The notes under the pieces were generated by a model. That model was not told where the DNA came from, did not search any database, and saw only the letters and a list, made by a program, of their open reading frames with translations. A stretch of DNA of 64,000 nt from an uncultured bacterium (GTDB taxonomy: Bacteria; Bacillota; Negativicutes; Veillonellales; Veillonellaceae): contig CAJMLW010000006.1 in NCBI GenBank assembly GCA_905214495.1, forward strand, positions 2,458-66,457, given 5' to 3'. Shown in pieces: positions 61,352 through 64,000 of this stretch (its first letter is position 1; the number at the start of each line of letters is the position of its first letter). A program made the translations under genes and the position numbers.

Positions 61352-64000
61352 TTATAGCGCTTTTACTACTTCTGCACAACGATGGCAAAGTGTAGGATGT
61401 TCACTATCTTGACCGACTGTATCACGGTGAATCCAGCAGCGTTCACATTTTTCAAGTTCAGATGGAGCCACAACTGTAGCTACGCCTGTTTCTTCGTCTT
61501 TTACAGCCTCTGCTGGTGCAGCGCCATTTACGATGTGAGCTTCGGATATAATAACGAGTTTAGCCAAGCCTTCTTCACCAAGGGCATTTAATGCGTCAAA
61601 TGCAGCGCCTTCAGCGTATACTGTAACGGAAGCATCTAATGGGTGACCGATTGTTTTATTTTGACGAGCAAGTTCTAATGCTTTTTGTACGGATGTACGC
61701 AAGTCTAACAATTGGTTCCATTTATCAGCCAATTCTTGGTTGAAGTGTTCAGGATGACCTTCTGGCCAATCTTGAAGCATAACAGATTCAGGCATGCCTT
61801 CTTCTTTAGGCATGTATTTCCAAACTTCTTCTGCTGTGAAGGAAAGTACTGGAGAAACCATTGCTACCAATGTTTTCAAGATTTCGTACATAGCTGTTTG
61901 AGCAGAACGACGAGCTACGTTGTTTTTGCTTTCAGCATACATAGTATCTTTCATTACATCAAGGTAGATGGAGCTCAAGTCTACTGTGCAGAAGTTATGA
62001 ATTGCATGGTATAACATGTGGAATTCATAGTTTTCGTATGCTTCTGTAACCTTTTGACGTACTTCTTCTAAGCGTAACAATGCCCATTTATCGAATTCGG
62101 ACATATCTGCGTAAGCCACTTTATCAGTGTTTGGATTGAAGTCATCCAAGTTACCGAGTAAGAAGCGGAATGTATTACGGATCTTACGATATACTTCGGA
62201 TAATTGTTTTACGATGTCTTTGGACAAACGTACGTCTGCTTGGTAATCCGCAGAGGATACCCACAAACGCATAACGTCAGCGCCGTATACGTCGATGATG
62301 TCGCTAGGTGCTACTGTATTACCCACAGATTTAGACATTTTGCGACCTTCGCCGTCCACAACGAAGCCGTGAGTCAATACGGAATTATATGGTGCCTTAC
62401 CTGTTGTTGCCACTGCAGTTAACAAGGAAGAGTTGAACCAGCCACGATGTTGGTCAGAACCTTCAAGGTACATAGCACATGGTACATCTAAGCCGTTAAC
62501 TTCAAGTACGCCAGACCAAGAGGAACCAGAGTCAAACCATACGTCCATGATGTCTGTTTCTTTTTTAAACTCATCATGACCGCAATGAGGACATTTGAAA
62601 CCTTCTGGTAACAATTCTTTTGCACTATGAGCCCACCAAGCATCAGAGCCTTCTACGGCTACTTTTTCTTGTAATGCTTTGATAGTGTCATCGTTAATGA
62701 TGTGCTCGCCGCAGCTTTCACAATAGTAAATAGGAATTGGCACGCCCCAAATACGTTGACGGGAAATTACCCAGTCACCACGATCGCGAACCATATTGAA
62801 GATACGATCATGGCCCCATTTAGGAATCCATTGTACTTGATTGTCGATTGCATCAAGAGCTTGTTGACGGTACCCATCTACAGAGGAGAACCATTGTTCT
62901 GTAGCACGGTAGATGACAGGGTTTTTACAACGCCAGCAGTGAGCATATTGGTGACGCAAGCTAGATTTGTGAAGCAGTGCATTGTTGTGCGCCAAGATTT
63001 TGATAACAGGCACCTCTGCATCGTGAATCTCTACACCAGCCAATGGGAATTCAGTATCACCATAACGGTTGTCGTCCACTTGTTTAGTGTAGTTACCAGT
63101 TTCGTTAACAAGAGATACGATAGGAAGTTCAGTTTTGCCTTCCTTGTTATAACGCATAACGATGTTAAAGTCATCTTCACCGTGTGCAGGAGCTGTATGT
63201 ACGCAACCAGTACCAGCTTCAAGTGTTACATGGTCACCACACAATACAGTGGATTTACGTTCTACGAATGGATGTTTGAATTCAGCCAATTCTAAATCTG
63301 CACCAGAGAAGCGATTTACGATTTCATAGTCTTCGATACCGATATCTTTCATAGCCGCATCAACGAGTTCAGTAGCCATCAAGTAGTATTCGTCTCCTAC
63401 TTTTACCCAACCATATTCAAGTTCAGGATTAACAGAGATTGCTACGTTGGCAGGCATTGTCCAAGGAGTAGTTGTCCAAATAACGGAGTATGCTTGTTTT
63501 GGATCTACGCCAGCTGGCAAGGTTACCTTTTTCTCGGATACGTAAGGGAATTTTACGTAAATGGAGAAGGATTTTTTCTCAGCGTATTCGATTTCTGCTT
63601 CTGCCAATGCAGTTTCACAGTGCGTACACCAGTATACAGTTTTTAGACCTTTATAAATATGGCCACGTTTTGCCATTTCGCCGAAGATACCAAGTTGTTT
63701 TACTTCGAACTCAGGACGCAATGTCAAATAAGGGCGATCCCATTCACCCAATACACCAAAGCGAATGAAGTCTTGTTTTTGAGTTTCTACGCATTCTAAT
63801 GCATATTCCTTACATTTGTTGCGCAAGTCCAATGGCGCCATTTCATGTCGGTTAAGGCCAGTATTTTTTATAACCGCATGTTCAATAGGCAAACCGTGCG
63901 TATCCCAACCAGGGATGTAGCGAGTATAGTGACCAGTCATAGTCTTGTATTTCATGATGATGTCCTTCAACGTTTTATTGAGGGCATGACCGATATGCAA
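61352..64000 (-). CDS. ileS: Isoleucyl-tRNA synthetase (5' end outside the window)
   Basis: HIGH, GWDTHGLPIE, WTTTPWT, EGSDQHRGWF, KMSKS, C-terminal CERC...CHRC zinc finger. Confidence 0.97.
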   Translation of the reverse strand: MHIGHALNKTLKDIIMKYKTMTGHYTRYIPGWDTHGLPIEHAVIKNTGLNRHEMAPLDLRNKCKEYALECVETQKQDFIRFGVLGEWDRPYLTLRPEFEVKQLGIFGEMAKRGHIYKGLKTVYWCTHCETALAEAEIEYAEKKSFSIYVKFPYVSEKKVTLPAGVDPKQAYSVIWTTTPWTMPANVAISVNPELEYGWVKVGDEYYLMATELVDAAMKDIGIEDYEIVNRFSGADLELAEFKHPFVERKSTVLCGDHVTLEAGTGCVHTAPAHGEDDFNIVMRYNKEGKTELPIVSLVNETGNYTKQVDDNRYGDTEFPLAGVEIHDAEVPVIKILAHNNALLHKSSLRHQYAHCWRCKNPVIYRATEQWFSSVDGYRQQALDAIDNQVQWIPKWGHDRIFNMVRDRGDWVISRQRIWGVPIPIYYCESCGEHIINDDTIKALQEKVAVEGSDAWWAHSAKELLPEGFKCPHCGHDEFKKETDIMDVWFDSGSSWSGVLEVNGLDVPCAMYLEGSDQHRGWFNSSLLTAVATTGKAPYNSVLTHGFVVDGEGRKMSKSVGNTVAPSDIIDVYGADVMRLWVSSADYQADVRLSKDIVKQLSEVYRKIRNTFRFLLGNLDDFNPNTDKVAYADMSEFDKWALLRLEEVRQKVTEAYENYEFHMLYHAIHNFCTVDLSSIYLDVMKDTMYAESKNNVARRSAQTAMYEILKTLVAMVSPVLSFTAEEVWKYMPKEEGMPESVMLQDWPEGHPEHFNQELADKWNQLLDLRTSVQKALELARQNKTIGHPLDASVTVYAEGAAFDALNALGEEGLAKLVIISEAHIVNGAAPAEAVKDEETGVATVVAPSELEKCERCWIHRDTVGQDSEHPTLCHRCAEVVKAL

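Overview
Ordinary-GC chromosomal window from an anaerobic Negativicute, most likely Veillonella. This is an inference from TonB proteins in a Firmicute-like gene set, the narGHJI operon and codon style. Housekeeping and metabolic content: DASS and EamA transporters, a pyruvate formate-lyase locus, alr, tRNA-Thr(CGT), a Zn ABC transporter with Zur, dcu, bioDA, carbonic anhydrase, narGHJI with an Fnr-like regulator and narK, a stand-alone Ni-CODH, PEP carboxykinase, a Mn/Fe ABC operon, guaA and partial ileS. An AT-rich accessory block downstream of guaA (about 45.1-52.4 kb) holds an HpyAV-like restriction-modification system, an orphan PD-(D/E)XK nuclease and GNAT genes. Most notable observations: (1) small conserved, covarying hairpin cassettes (types A, B and C) sit in the loops of otherwise unrelated terminator stems, and all six complete copies are antisense to the nearest upstream gene; (2) PFL is split, with its glycyl-radical domain encoded as a separate gene cut exactly at the domain boundary; (3) the Fnr-like regulator lacks the Bacillus-type Cys cluster; (4) the CODH has a His-rich N-terminus; (5) there is an orphan attenuator-like RNA, an unannotated 31-aa peptide gene and several gene remnants. 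All calls come from reading the sequence by eye; no searches were run.
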